NCBI GenBank assembly: GCA_021781215.1
Contig: JAJXXC010000004.1
Span: 2,975-66,974 of the forward strand
Length of the DNA stretch: 64,000 nucleotides
Reading direction: 5' to 3'
DNA from: a bacterium
Lineage (GTDB): Bacteria; Patescibacteriota; Saccharimonadia; Saccharimonadales; DATKHC01
Shown piece after piece: positions 26,559-37,807 of this stretch. Numbering within the stretch: the stretch's first letter is position 1; each line of letters starts with the position of its first letter. The translations under genes were made by a program, and so were the position numbers. The notes below the pieces were generated by a model. It saw only the letters and a list, made by a program, of their open reading frames with translations. It was not told the origin of the DNA and searched no databases.

Positions 26559-28640
26559 TTAACGCTTATTCTTAGCAATGATTGTTTCTGCGACATGATT
26601 TGGTACATCAGAATAATGGTGTAATTCCATGGTTGAACTTGCTCGCCCCTGTGTCATTGACCGTAGGCTAGTGGTATATCCAAACAATTCTCCAAGCGGA
26701 ACTTCAGCTGTTATTTCCTTAATACCAGCTGACAAGTCTTCCATGCTCTCAACTTTGCCACGCTTTGAGTTTAAGTCACCAATAACGTCACCCATGTATG
26801 ATTCAGGAGTTACTACAACTATCTTCATGATAGGTTCTAGCAGAACTGGGTTAGCACTTCTAACACCTTCTTGTATAGCCATTGAACCGGCAATACTAAA
26901 TGCTAATTCTGAAGAGTCAACGTCATGATAGCTTCCGTCAAACAATTCAACTTTAATATCAACGACAGGATATCCGGCAATGATTCCGTTTGTTAGCGCT
27001 TCTTCAATACCTTTTTTGACCGGATTTATATATTCACTAGGTACTGAACCGCCCTTAATGCTATTGATAAATTCAAAGCCTTTTCCAGCTTCATTTGGTG
27101 ATACTTTGATCCAAACGTGTCCATACTGTCCACGTCCACCAGTTTGTTTAATGAACTTACCTTCAGCTTCAACATCAGCCTTGCGGATAGTCTCACGATA
27201 AGCGACCTGTGGTTGACCAATTGCAGCTTCAACACCGAATTCTCGCTTCATTCTATCGACAATAATCTCTAGGTGAAGCTCACCCATTCCACTTATAATC
27301 GTCTGACCAGTTTCATGATCAACCTTGATTCTAAAAGTAGGATCTTCTTCAGCAAGTCTCTGCATAGCAATACTCATTTTTTCTTGGTCGCTTTTAGTCT
27401 TTGGCTCAATTGCAATAGATACCGGAGGGTCTGGGAAATTAATACTCTCCAAAATGATTGGATTATTTAAATCAGATAAAGTGTTGCCGGTGGTTGTACC
27501 TTTAAGTCCGACTATTGCCGCGATATCACCAGCACTAACCTCATCCACATCTTCTCGATCATTAGCCTGCATTCTAACTATACGTCCAACTCGTTCTTTT
27601 TCTCCAGAATTTGAATTTAGAATATAGCTACCAGCCTTTACTCTCCCAGAGTACACTCTGAAGAAAGCTAACTTACCAACAAATGGATCGGTAGCAATCT
27701 TAAACGCCAATGCAGCAAATGGTTCGCTTGGAGTAGGCTTTCTTTCAATCTCATCACCTGTCTTTGGGTGAATTCCCCAAGTTGAGCCACGGTCTGTTGG
27801 GCTAGGTAGGTAGTCAATAACTGCGTCTAATAGTTTTTCTACCATAACGCCACGACCATCACCACCACTAACGACGAAGAAACTTCCACCTAAAACTGCA
27901 GTTCTAATTGCTTGTTTGATTTCTGCTTTAGTTAAGCCATCCTCTCCAACCTCGAAATACTTTTCAAGCATCTTTTCATCTTCAGAAACAGCGTTTTCAA
28001 TTAATAGAGATCTGTATTTCTTAGCATCCTCTAACATGTCAGCAGGTACTTCACTCTCAATAAGTTCATGATCAGAAAATTCTTTATAAGTGTAGGCCTT
28101 CATTTCAACTAAATCGACCACACCGTTAACTGATTGCTCAAAACCAATAGGTAGGTGAATTGGAAAAGCTAATTTACTAAGACGTGTATGGATTGAATCT
28201 AGGGATTTATAAAAATCTCCACCTGTCTGGTTTATTTTATTAATAAAACAGATTCTAGGCACGTGATATTTGTTAGCCTGTCGCCATACTGTCTCGGACT
28301 GGCTCTCTACACCCATTTTGCCATCAAAAACAGTTACCGCACCATCAAGTACTCGCAATGATCTCTCGACCTCTACGGTAAAATCGATATGTCCAGGAGT
28401 ATCGATGATGTTAATCTTATTGTCTTTCCAGAAACATGTAACAGCAGCACTAGTAATAGTAATTCCACGTTCACGCTCCTGCTCCATCCAGTCTGTAGTT
28501 GTTTCACCTTCGTGGACAGCACCAATCTTATGCTTTAAACCAGTCCTATAGAGAATTGCTTCAGTAGTAGTAGTTTTTCCAGCATCAATATGAGCAATAA
28601 TGCCAATATTTCTAAGCCTCTCTAATGGATAATCTTTCAT
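26559..28640 (-). CDS. fusA: Elongation factor G
   Basis: [24 protein letters not shown]. Confidence 0.98.
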   Translation of the reverse strand: MKDYPLERLRNIGIIAHIDAGKTTTTEAILYRTGLKHKIGAVHEGETTTDWMEQERERGITITSAAVTCFWKDNKINIIDTPGHIDFTVEVERSLRVLDGAVTVFDGKMGVESQSETVWRQANKYHVPRICFINKINQTGGDFYKSLDSIHTRLSKLAFPIHLPIGFEQSVNGVVDLVEMKAYTYKEFSDHELIESEVPADMLEDAKKYRSLLIENAVSEDEKMLEKYFEVGEDGLTKAEIKQAIRTAVLGGSFFVVSGGDGRGVMVEKLLDAVIDYLPSPTDRGSTWGIHPKTGDEIERKPTPSEPFAALAFKIATDPFVGKLAFFRVYSGRVKAGSYILNSNSGEKERVGRIVRMQANDREDVDEVSAGDIAAIVGLKGTTTGNTLSDLNNPIILESINFPDPPVSIAIEPKTKSDQEKMSIAMQRLAEEDPTFRIKVDHETGQTIISGMGELHLEIIVDRMKREFGVEAAIGQPQVAYRETIRKADVEAEGKFIKQTGGRGQYGHVWIKVSPNEAGKGFEFINSIKGGSVPSEYINPVKKGIEEALTNGIIAGYPVVDIKVELFDGSYHDVDSSELAFSIAGSMAIQEGVRSANPVLLEPIMKIVVVTPESYMGDVIGDLNSKRGKVESMEDLSAGIKEITAEVPLGELFGYTTSLRSMTQGRASSTMELHHYSDVPNHVAETIIAKNKR

Positions 28641-28673
28641 AGTTAATAAACTTTCCTTATATCTGGTTTATAT

Positions 28674-29153
28674 TTAATATCGAGCAAAATGAGCAAATGC
28701 TCGGTTTGACTCAGCCATCTTGTGAGTCTCTTCTTTTTTTCTAACAGCAGTTCCGGTGTTATTAAAAGCGTCAACTAATTCGTTGGCAATTCGGTCTTCC
28801 ATACTCATGCCTTTTTTTGCACGTGCAGCCTGAGTCAACCACATAATTGTTAAGTGTTGCTGACGCTGTCCTTTTACTTCAAAAGGAATTTGATAGTTAG
28901 CTCCACCGACTCTCCTGGATCGAGTTTCCATATGAGGTTGAATATTTCGGTAAGCGGTCTCAAATACTTCAATTGGATTATCAACTTTTAGTTTTTTAGC
29001 AGCTTTTTCAATTCCGCTATAAACTAATTTTTCAGCAATCTGTTTTTTACCATCAAGCATAACTCGGTTGATGAACTTTTGTAGAGAAATGCTGTCATAC
29101 ATTCTATCTGGGGTTATAGTTCTAACTAGTGATTTGGTTTTTTTTCTAGGCAT
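28674..29153 (-). CDS. rpsG: 30S ribosomal protein S7
   Basis: GKKQIAEKLVY...NRAFAHFR. Confidence 0.95.
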   Translation of the reverse strand: MPRKKTKSLVRTITPDRMYDSISLQKFINRVMLDGKKQIAEKLVYSGIEKAAKKLKVDNPIEVFETAYRNIQPHMETRSRRVGGANYQIPFEVKGQRQQHLTIMWLTQAARAKKGMSMEDRIANELVDAFNNTGTAVRKKEETHKMAESNRAFAHFARY

Positions 29154-29558
29154 TATTTCTTCGCTCCATATTTACTTCTACCATTTTTCCGACCATCTAC
29201 ACCCTGGAGATCAAGATGACCTCTAACGATGTGATATCTAACACCAGGTAAGTCTTTAACTCTACCGCCTCGTACTAGTACGACTGCATGTTCCTGTAGG
29301 TTATGGCCTTCACCACCAATGTATGCCCATACTTCGTAACCATTAGTTAATCTAACACGAGCAACTTTTCTTAAAGCAGAGTTTGGTTTCTTTGGGGTTT
29401 TAGTAGTTACTTTAATACAAACACCACGCTTAAATGGTGCTGATTTTTCGTAATTTCTAGTTTTAAGATTATTTACGACACGGTGCATTGCTGGAGATTT
29501 ACTCTTAACAATAGCCTTTTTTTCTTGGTTTTCTAATTAATTGATTAACTGTTGGCAT
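29153..29558 (-). CDS. rpsL: 30S ribosomal protein S12, interrupted as assembled by one extra A in an A7 run
   Basis: ATG at 29558 gives [17 protein letters not shown] then stop. The +1 frame continues [16 protein letters not shown]...[28 protein letters not shown]... (track ORF 29153-29488). Total length is 406 nt, which is 3n+1. Removing one A from 29517-29523 restores a 134-aa S12. Confidence 0.9.
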
Positions 29559-29577
29559 GACTATAATTTAAACAGAT

Positions 29578-32500
29578 TTAGACTTCCTCGTCAAACTTGC
29601 TTGTTTCTCCTTCTACTGATGGGTTATTATAACCTGTTCCTACAGGTATTCTTCGACCTAGTATTACGTTCTCTTTCAGGCCGTACAAATGATCGACTTT
29701 ACCGCTGGTTGCAGCTGCGATCAAGACTCTAGTTGTATCCTGGAAACTTGCAGAGCTTAAGAACGAATCGGTTGTTAAGCTTGCCTTAGTAATCCCAAGT
29801 AACAGCTGAGAATACTTTGCTGGTTCCTTAGATTGTTTATCTAGCTCTTCGTTGGCCAATACTACACTTAACTTACTGACGATATCACCAGTTACGAATT
29901 CCGTATCACCGGGTTCATCAATTTGAACTCGACTGAACATTTGTCCAACGATAATTTCTAAGTGTTTATCGGATATGTTCTGGCCTTGGCTGGCAAATAT
30001 CTTAAGAATATCGTTCATAATATACCTTTGGGTTGCTTCAATTCCCTTAAGCTCAAGTAGCTCCTGGAGATTAATTGAACCGCCGGTAATCATCTGGCCT
30101 TTTTCGACCTTATCGCCATCCTTGACTAGAATTTGTTTAAACCCAGGGATTTCAAATCTGGCAACACTTTGTCCGTCAGGCATAATCATAACTTGTTTAT
30201 CAGTGTATTCAACTGTGCCTGAGATAGTAGCCGAGATAGGATCTTTGTTTCCCTTGTTAGAGGCAATAACATCACCACTTACAACGGTTTGTCCGTTCTG
30301 GAATTTAGGTTTCCGTCCGTCTAACTCAAGAATTACTTTCTTATGCTCATTATCGTGACTAGTAACTTGAACTACGTAATGGTCGCCATCTTCCCATAAA
30401 TTAACAAATCCTGAGATAGTTGAAAGCATTGCCTGACCTTTTGGAGTTCGGGCTTCAAATAACTCTTCAACTCTTGGCAGACCGGTAGTAATATTTTCAC
30501 CTGCAACACCGGCGGAGTGGAAGGTGTTAAGAGTTAGCTGTGTACCTGGTTCTCCAATACTTTGAGCAGCAATAACTCCAACTGGATGGTGGGCTTTGAC
30601 TATATTACCGGTAGCTGGATCAACACCGTATGATTTTTGAGGGATACCTCTGACGTTAGTTGAGCTTAATACGCTCATAATCTTAACGCCATCAACTTTT
30701 GTATCAGCTTCGATTGCTAAACCGATTTCTTCAGTAATCAGTTCACCTTTCTTCAAGTATCCGTCAACTTTTTCTGCAACATATCTACCAATTAACCTTG
30801 ATGAATAGCTAACACCGATTTCCTCAGCATCTGATCTAAGCTTAGAGAATCCTGGGTCATTAGCTTCATCCTCAACCGTAAAGACGTCTTGGCTGACATC
30901 AACCAGTCGTCTTGTAAGATAACCAGAGTCTGCGGTCTTTAGGGCGGTATCGATTAATCCTTTTCTAGCACCTCTAGCGGCCGTAAAGTACTCTAGTGGA
31001 GTTAGTCCGGATTTATAGTTACTTTTAATAGGTAACTCAATAGCTTTTCCGGTAGTGTCCACCTGGATACCAACGGTACCAACGGTCATTTTTACCTGGC
31101 CAATACTACCTCTTGAACCTGACAAAACTACTAAGGACATTGAAGTATCTTGCTCGATAAATTGCTTATTTAACATTTCTTGGATTTGGCTATCGGTTTG
31201 CATCCAGTTATCGATAGTCAATCTGTATCTTTCATCATTAGTAATTAAACCTTCTGAATATTGATTACTGATTTGTGCGTCCTGGCTTTCTGCAGATTCA
31301 ATACGCTTGTCCAGGCCTTCTATTTCAGTAAAGTCGCTCATACCCATTGATAAACCAGATACAGTTGCATAGTTAAACCCAAGGACCTTAAGATCATCGG
31401 CAATCTTTGCAGTAGCGTCTTGTCCAAAAGAGTTATAGGCATATGCCATAACTGCTTGTAATTTCTTTTTAGTCATAGCAACGTCCTGGAAAGGTAGATC
31501 GGCTGGGAATATTTCGTTGAACAAAAACCTACCTAGAGTTGAAGTTCTGTCTTCGCCCCTAAAGTTAATTTTAATTCTATCCTGGAGTCTAATTTGTTCA
31601 GAATCGAAGGCCATTAGAGCTTCTTCCAGCCCACTATAGTTTTTAGCAGGTAGGTTATCGTCAGCAAATTTATCATAAGTCAAGTAATAACAACCTAAAA
31701 CTATATCTTGTTCAATGTGAAGTATTGGCGAACCATCAGCCGGCTTTAATAAGTTTTTACTACTGGCCATAATTGTTTTTGCTTCATACTGAGCTTCGGC
31801 ACTTAATGGTAAGTGAACAGCCATTTGGTCGCCGTCAAAATCGGCGTTAAAACCTTTACATACTAATGGGTTCAATTGTATAGCCTTACCCTCAATCAAG
31901 ATTGGTTGAAAAGCTTGGATACTTAATCGGTGCAAACTTGGTGCACGGTTTAGCAATACATACTTGCCCTTAATAACATTATCTAGAGCATCCCAAACAA
32001 CAGTTTCACCCATTTCTATCATTCTGGTTGCGCTGCGAATATTGTGAGCATATTCATTATCAATCAGCTGTCCAATAACAAATGGTTTAAACAGTTCTAG
32101 GGCCATCATTTTAGGCAGGCCACATTGATCCATAGTCAGCTCTGGACCAGCAACAATTACTGATCTACCAGAGTAATCGACTCGTTTACCAAGTAAGTTC
32201 TGACGGAATCGACCCTGCTTACCCTTAAGCATATCGCTCAATGATTTAAGCCTTCGATGCTGACCGGTTGCAGCTACAGCTCGCCCAGAACGTGTTGAGT
32301 TGTTGTCAATTAAAGCATCAACGGCTTCTTGAAGCATTCTTTGTTCATTCCTTCGAATAACTTCAGGAGCTTTAAGATCAATCAATTTCTTTAATCGATT
32401 GTTCCTGTTAATAACTCGTCTGTAAAGATCGTTAAGGTCACTGGTAGCAAATCGACCACCAGTTAGTTGTACCATCGGCCTAAGATCTGGAGGTATAACT

Positions 32501-33396
32501 GGAAGCACGTTGAAACACATGCTAGTTGGCTTAATCTTAGCCTTATGCATGTTTTCAATTAAACGTAGTCTTTTAGTTATTTTCTTTTTTCTTTGACCCT
32601 TTAGCTCTTCAGATTCAATAGACAAACTCTTAATTAATTCATCTAAATCAATCTCTTCAAGTAGCTCTCTAATAGCTGTTCCACCCATACCAACTGTGAT
32701 TAATTTCTGGACTTCTTCAGGTAGCTCACGATAATCTTTTTCTGATATTAGGTTTAGTTTCTCAAGAGCTAATAATTGAGTTCTTAGAGCCTCAAATTCT
32801 TCAGTAACTTGTTGGATTTCTTTTGTCTGCATTTCGGCAAGAGCTTTGATGTTAGCATTTTCTTCCTTAGATTGTGCTTCATATCTAATCTTGATTGCTT
32901 CTTTAGCTGCATTAAATTCAGCCTCTTTATCATCAAGCATCTTGTCTAAAGGCTCGTGATCAACTGATTTAATAACATATGAGGCAAAATAAACAATTCG
33001 TTCAAGATTCTTTACAGTCATACCAAGGATTAAACCAATGGCTGAAGGAGTGCCCCGTAAAAACCAAATATGAGCTACTGGGGCTGCAAGAGTAATATGA
33101 CCCATTCTCTCTCTTCTTACTATTGACTTAGTTACGATTTCACCGTTCTTGTCTACTGCTGCTTCACGGCTTCTCATGCCCTTGTATTTTGCATCGTGTG
33201 GGTTGATATCTTTTACTGGTCCAAATATTCGCTCGCAGAAAAGACCATCCCTTTCCGGTTTTTGGGTTCGATAGTTAATAGTTTCTGGTTTCGTTACTTC
33301 ACCATAACTCCACTCAAGTACATCCTCGGGTGCAGCAACAGCTAATCTAACTGCATCGAAGTCAGAGATATTTGTTCCGTTATTTTGGTTTCTCAT
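29578..33396 (-). CDS. rpoC: DNA-directed RNA polymerase subunit beta-prime
   Basis: NADFDGDQMAVH catalytic loop; 1272 aa. Confidence 0.98.
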   Translation of the reverse strand: MRNQNNGTNISDFDAVRLAVAAPEDVLEWSYGEVTKPETINYRTQKPERDGLFCERIFGPVKDINPHDAKYKGMRSREAAVDKNGEIVTKSIVRRERMGHITLAAPVAHIWFLRGTPSAIGLILGMTVKNLERIVYFASYVIKSVDHEPLDKMLDDKEAEFNAAKEAIKIRYEAQSKEENANIKALAEMQTKEIQQVTEEFEALRTQLLALEKLNLISEKDYRELPEEVQKLITVGMGGTAIRELLEEIDLDELIKSLSIESEELKGQRKKKITKRLRLIENMHKAKIKPTSMCFNVLPVIPPDLRPMVQLTGGRFATSDLNDLYRRVINRNNRLKKLIDLKAPEVIRRNEQRMLQEAVDALIDNNSTRSGRAVAATGQHRRLKSLSDMLKGKQGRFRQNLLGKRVDYSGRSVIVAGPELTMDQCGLPKMMALELFKPFVIGQLIDNEYAHNIRSATRMIEMGETVVWDALDNVIKGKYVLLNRAPSLHRLSIQAFQPILIEGKAIQLNPLVCKGFNADFDGDQMAVHLPLSAEAQYEAKTIMASSKNLLKPADGSPILHIEQDIVLGCYYLTYDKFADDNLPAKNYSGLEEALMAFDSEQIRLQDRIKINFRGEDRTSTLGRFLFNEIFPADLPFQDVAMTKKKLQAVMAYAYNSFGQDATAKIADDLKVLGFNYATVSGLSMGMSDFTEIEGLDKRIESAESQDAQISNQYSEGLITNDERYRLTIDNWMQTDSQIQEMLNKQFIEQDTSMSLVVLSGSRGSIGQVKMTVGTVGIQVDTTGKAIELPIKSNYKSGLTPLEYFTAARGARKGLIDTALKTADSGYLTRRLVDVSQDVFTVEDEANDPGFSKLRSDAEEIGVSYSSRLIGRYVAEKVDGYLKKGELITEEIGLAIEADTKVDGVKIMSVLSSTNVRGIPQKSYGVDPATGNIVKAHHPVGVIAAQSIGEPGTQLTLNTFHSAGVAGENITTGLPRVEELFEARTPKGQAMLSTISGFVNLWEDGDHYVVQVTSHDNEHKKVILELDGRKPKFQNGQTVVSGDVIASNKGNKDPISATISGTVEYTDKQVMIMPDGQSVARFEIPGFKQILVKDGDKVEKGQMITGGSINLQELLELKGIEATQRYIMNDILKIFASQGQNISDKHLEIIVGQMFSRVQIDEPGDTEFVTGDIVSKLSVVLANEELDKQSKEPAKYSQLLLGITKASLTTDSFLSSASFQDTTRVLIAAATSGKVDHLYGLKENVILGRRIPVGTGYNNPSVEGETSKFDEEV

Positions 33397-36300
33397 TATG
33401 CAGCCTCCTTAAACTCATTTTCAATGTCGCTTGGGTTGACTATCGAAAGCTCACTATCATCTACGTCTGATGCGTGAAGCTCATCATCCAGATCAACTAT
33501 CATAAACTCATTTGGTGTATTGTCTGAAGATTCATCAACTTCAGAAGCTAATGGCTGGGGTACATCTACGGTTGAGATATGTTCAGACTCAGTCTTAATG
33601 TTACTAGCTAATATTTTCTCAGCATCAACAGTAATTTGCTTGTCATTTGTTCTTAGTTCAACCTTAAGGATTAGACCCATTAATTCTTTAACTAAGACGT
33701 TAAAGCTTTCTGGTACCTTTGGTCCCTGGATAGCCGTTCCCTTGATGATGGCTTCGTAAGCTTTGGATCTACCATATACATCGTCGGACTTAATAGTTAA
33801 CATTTCTTGCAGAGATACTGCTGCACCATATGCTTCTAGGGCCCAGACCTCCATCTCACCAAATCGCTGACCACCATTTTGGGCCTTACCACCAAGTGGC
33901 TGTTGGGTAACCATTGTGTATGGACCGGTTGATCTTGCATGGATCTTGTCGGTAACCATATGCTCTAATTTCAAGATATGCATTACACCGACTACAGTTC
34001 GCTCCTTAAAGGCCTCACCAGTTCTTCCGTCAAATAATTGTTGCTTACCATCTTCTGGTAGACCAGCTTCTTTAAGTAGGTCTTGAATAGTCTCGATGGA
34101 TATACCATTGAATGGGGGAGTGGCTACTTTAATACCAAGTGCTTCAGCGGCCATACCTAAATGAGTTTCAAATAGCTGGCCAATGTTCATTCTTGAAGGG
34201 ACACCCATTGGGTTAAGAATTACGTCAACAGGTGTACCGTCTGCCAAAAATGGCATATCGGCTACTGGCAATACTCTAGCGATTACGCCTTTGTTACCAT
34301 GTCGTCCAGCTAATTTGTCACCAACCTGAATCTTTCTCATTTGAGCAACGAACACTTGAACCTGCTTGATAACACCAGATTTTAATTCATGTCCATTTTC
34401 TCTTGAGAAGATTTTTACACCGACAACCTTACCGTGTTTACCGTTACTCATGCGCTCAGAAGTATCTCTAACTTCTTTAGCCTTTTCACCAAAAATTGCT
34501 CGTAGTAATCGTTCCTCGCTGCTTAGTTCTTGTTCACCCTTAGGAGTAATTTTACCGACTAAGATATCGCCTGGGTGGACTTCGGCACCGATTCTAATGA
34601 TTCCGTCTTCGTCTAGGTGTCTTAGAATCTCTTCAGAAACATTTGGAATGTCACCAGTTAATAATTCAGGCCCTAACTTAGTCTCACGGACTTCAACCAT
34701 AAAGTCCATAATATGAATTGATGTGAATACATCTTCACGAACTAAACGTTCAGAAATAACGATTGCATCTTCAAAGTTATAACCGTTCCAAGGCATAAAT
34801 GCGACTTTTACATCTCGTCCAACCGCTAATTCACCGTCTTGAATGCTCATACCCTCAATAAGCGGTTGACCGGCAACTAGTTTATCGCCCGAGTTAACAA
34901 CAACCTTCTGATTAATTGAGGTGCCTTCGTTACTTCTTTGGAAGTGAACTGGCTTATAAGTTTTAGTTATTTTTGGATACTTAACAACTACTTCGTCTGC
35001 ACTGGCTTTAATAACTTCACCCTTGTCTTCTGCGACAATTAACTGTGAAGTATTTAGAGCTAATGTTCGCTCAAATCCAGTTCCAACAATTGGAGCTTTT
35101 GGATTAATCAAAGGCACTGCCTGTTTTTGCTGGTTGGCGCCAGTTAAAGCACGGTCTACACGGTCTTTCTCAACAAATGGAATCAGTGATGCATTTGAGC
35201 CAATAGTTTGGTTAGTGGCGGCATCAATATGAGTAACTATGTCTGAATCAACCTCACCAGTAACTAATCTATTTCTTGCACTAACTCGCTGGTCGATGAA
35301 GAATCCGTCTTCATCAAATTTTACGTCAGCACTGGCGATCACAGCATTCTCTTCTTCAGATGCATCTAAGAATATGACTTCATTACTTAGGTGTGGTTTA
35401 ACTGGCCAAGTTACCTGATTCTTAACTTTAGCTAAGCTAGCAGCTTGAGCAGCTGTGATCTTTGAATTTGCCTTAACAATAACCTTGCCGTTTTCATCTT
35501 CAAGATCAACTTTAGCGATCTGACCAACAGCATCTTTAGCAGTAACCGAGTTAATAATTTTCTTGTATGGTGTTTCAACAAAGCCATAATCATTAATCCT
35601 GGCATAGGTAGCCAAGTTAAGTACTAAGCCAATGTTAGCTCCTTCTGGAGTCTCTACAGTACAAATTCTTCCATAGTGAGTGGCATGAGCATCTCGAACC
35701 TCAAATCCAGCTCGTTCACGACTAAGTCCGCCTGGTCCCATCGAGCTAAGACGTCGTTTATGGGCTAACTCACTTAATGGGTTAATTTGATCCATGAATT
35801 GAGAAAGCTGAGATACGGCAAAAAATTCTCTAACAGCAGCTACGATTGGTCTTGCATTAATTAATTGTGATGCAGTGACGGTTTCGATTTCGTTCATCGA
35901 CATTCGATCTTTGGTGTTTCGCTCCATTCTAAGTAGACCAATTCTAAATTGTCTTTGAACTAATTCACCTACTAATTTAACTCTACGGTTAGCTAGTGAA
36001 TCGATATCATCAGCTGGATCTTGAGTATTATTTAGCCTAATGATTTCAGATACGATTGCGACTAAATCTTCTAAGCGCATAATTCGGTTTTCGATAGTAT
36101 TTGGAATATCGATATCAAGACGCTTGTTGATCTTATAACGACCTACTCTTGAGAAGTCAAAGCGCTTGAAGTTATAGAACATGTTTTCGATCAGAGATCT
36201 AGCATTTTCTACAGTGGCTAAATCACCGGGTCTTAATCGACGATAAATTTCGATTAGAGCCTCATTGCTACCTGATGCAGGGTCTTTTGCTAGAGTTGTA

Positions 36301-36965
36301 TCTAAATAATTCAATGTGCCGGTATCGACATGCGCAAAAGCTTCTCTCATAGCACCAATATTCATGCCAAGCGATTTAAGAAGCGTAGTGACTGGGATTT
36401 TTCGTTTTCGATCAATTTTAACGTATATAACTCCGTTTGAAGAAGTTTCAAATTCTAACCAAGCTCCACGATTAGGAATTACTTTGGCGCCATAGAAATT
36501 ATGAGCGTTAACTGTCTCGGCGGTAAAGAAGACACCGGATGATCTAATTAGTTGTGAAACCACAACACGTTCGGCTCCGTTGATAATAAACGTACCCCTA
36601 GAAGTCATCCATGGGTAATCTCCAAGATATATTTCTTGCTCTTTTACTTCACCGGTTACTTTATTAGTTAGCTCAACTGTAGCTTTTAGAGGGGACTCAT
36701 AAGAAACATTATTAATTCTAGCTTCGTCTTCGGTTAGTTTTGGCTCTTCGAATCGATAGCCCTTAAATGACAGCGATAATTTTCCACCGGTATAATCATC
36801 GATTGGATTAATTTCGGCGAATATTTCACCTAGCCCCTCATCAATAAACCATTGAAAGGATTTATTTTGATGATTTATTAAATTGGGTACACCAATAATA
36901 TTATCGATTGATGTAAAAAATGTTCTATTAGTTAGTTTATCTACAGTTGATGTGGTCTTTGCCAT
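33396..36965 (-). CDS. rpoB: DNA-directed RNA polymerase subunit beta (acidic C-terminal tail)
   Basis: GDKLAGRHGNKGVIARV and FGEMEVWALEAYGAA. ATG 36965 is preferred over the track's TTG 36971. Confidence 0.98.
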   Translation of the reverse strand: MAKTTSTVDKLTNRTFFTSIDNIIGVPNLINHQNKSFQWFIDEGLGEIFAEINPIDDYTGGKLSLSFKGYRFEEPKLTEDEARINNVSYESPLKATVELTNKVTGEVKEQEIYLGDYPWMTSRGTFIINGAERVVVSQLIRSSGVFFTAETVNAHNFYGAKVIPNRGAWLEFETSSNGVIYVKIDRKRKIPVTTLLKSLGMNIGAMREAFAHVDTGTLNYLDTTLAKDPASGSNEALIEIYRRLRPGDLATVENARSLIENMFYNFKRFDFSRVGRYKINKRLDIDIPNTIENRIMRLEDLVAIVSEIIRLNNTQDPADDIDSLANRRVKLVGELVQRQFRIGLLRMERNTKDRMSMNEIETVTASQLINARPIVAAVREFFAVSQLSQFMDQINPLSELAHKRRLSSMGPGGLSRERAGFEVRDAHATHYGRICTVETPEGANIGLVLNLATYARINDYGFVETPYKKIINSVTAKDAVGQIAKVDLEDENGKVIVKANSKITAAQAASLAKVKNQVTWPVKPHLSNEVIFLDASEEENAVIASADVKFDEDGFFIDQRVSARNRLVTGEVDSDIVTHIDAATNQTIGSNASLIPFVEKDRVDRALTGANQQKQAVPLINPKAPIVGTGFERTLALNTSQLIVAEDKGEVIKASADEVVVKYPKITKTYKPVHFQRSNEGTSINQKVVVNSGDKLVAGQPLIEGMSIQDGELAVGRDVKVAFMPWNGYNFEDAIVISERLVREDVFTSIHIMDFMVEVRETKLGPELLTGDIPNVSEEILRHLDEDGIIRIGAEVHPGDILVGKITPKGEQELSSEERLLRAIFGEKAKEVRDTSERMSNGKHGKVVGVKIFSRENGHELKSGVIKQVQVFVAQMRKIQVGDKLAGRHGNKGVIARVLPVADMPFLADGTPVDVILNPMGVPSRMNIGQLFETHLGMAAEALGIKVATPPFNGISIETIQDLLKEAGLPEDGKQQLFDGRTGEAFKERTVVGVMHILKLEHMVTDKIHARSTGPYTMVTQQPLGGKAQNGGQRFGEMEVWALEAYGAAVSLQEMLTIKSDDVYGRSKAYEAIIKGTAIQGPKVPESFNVLVKELMGLILKVELRTNDKQITVDAEKILASNIKTESEHISTVDVPQPLASEVDESSDNTPNEFMIVDLDDELHASDVDDSELSIVNPSDIENEFKEAA

Positions 36966-37121
36966 AAACAAGGGACTCCCAAATTAAGTAATATTAGTAT
37001 TTTTTTATTTAGTTAGCGAAGACCACTACATCGGTCAATTGATTTAGATTTTTTATAAAATCAAATATCCCGAAATATACTACTTCATTGCCACTTAGTT
37101 TGTCGAAAAAACTAATCGGTG

Positions 37122-37736
37122 TCAAGTACTTTTTTGGTTTTTTATCGATTTAATAACGTTGTCGACTAACCCATAGTCTTTGGCTTCTGACGACGTCATG
37201 TAATAATCTCTTTCCATGTCCTGGTGGACCTTGGAAACTTTTTGTCCGGTATTATCGGCAATTATAGATTCAAGTTGCTTCTTTAACTTCAATGATTCTT
37301 CCAACACGATTTCCATGTCAGTTACCTTACCACGAGTTCCACTAGATGGTTGATGAATCATAATTTTAGAGTTAGGAAGAGCGAATCTTTTACCCTTAGT
37401 TCCACTACTTAGTAAAAACGCAGCCGCACTAGCTGCCATACCGATTACTATGGTTTGAACATCAGATTTAATGTATTTAATCGTGTCATAGATAGCGAGA
37501 GCGTCGTAAACACTTCCACCCGGACTATTAATATAAATTGAGATATCTTTATTTGGATCCTGACTGTCTAAAAACAATAGCTGCGCCACTAATATATTGG
37601 CAGTTTGCTCATCAATTTCAGTACCTAGGAAGATAATCCTATCCTTTAATAGGCGGGAATAGATATCATAGACTCTTTCAGAGCGGCCATCATTTTCAAT
37701 TACAGTTGGGACTAATGTTTGATGTATTCGATTCAT
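37122..37736 (-). CDS. clpP: ATP-dependent Clp protease proteolytic subunit
   Basis: [14 protein letters not shown] (active-site Ser) and MIHQPS (His). Follows tig. No clpX follows. Confidence 0.95.
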   Translation of the reverse strand: MNRIHQTLVPTVIENDGRSERVYDIYSRLLKDRIIFLGTEIDEQTANILVAQLLFLDSQDPNKDISIYINSPGGSVYDALAIYDTIKYIKSDVQTIVIGMAASAAAFLLSSGTKGKRFALPNSKIMIHQPSSGTRGKVTDMEIVLEESLKLKKQLESIIADNTGQKVSKVHQDMERDYYMTSSEAKDYGLVDNVIKSIKNQKST

Positions 37737-37769
37737 AAGTGTCCAATACTCCTGTTAAATATAATATAA

Positions 37770-37807
37770 ATTATATACATCTAGCACTCGTAAGTCAAGA
37801 GTGCTAA
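37770..37807 (-). promoter_or_regulatory. CIRCE (HrcA operator) overlapping a near-consensus promoter of clpP
   Basis: Minus strand reads TTAGCACTC-TTGACTTAC-GAGTGCTAG (37807-37781; consensus is TTAGCACTC-N9-GAGTGCTAA). The spacer contains TTGACT (-35), followed by 17 nt and TATAAT (37775-37770). AGGAG RBS precedes the clpP ATG. Confidence 0.8.

Noticed and set aside
29541-29732. 63-aa plus-strand ORF spanning the rpoC-rpsL junction.
   Set aside because: It starts at TTG, antisense to the true rpsL N-terminus and the rpoC C-terminus. Artefact.
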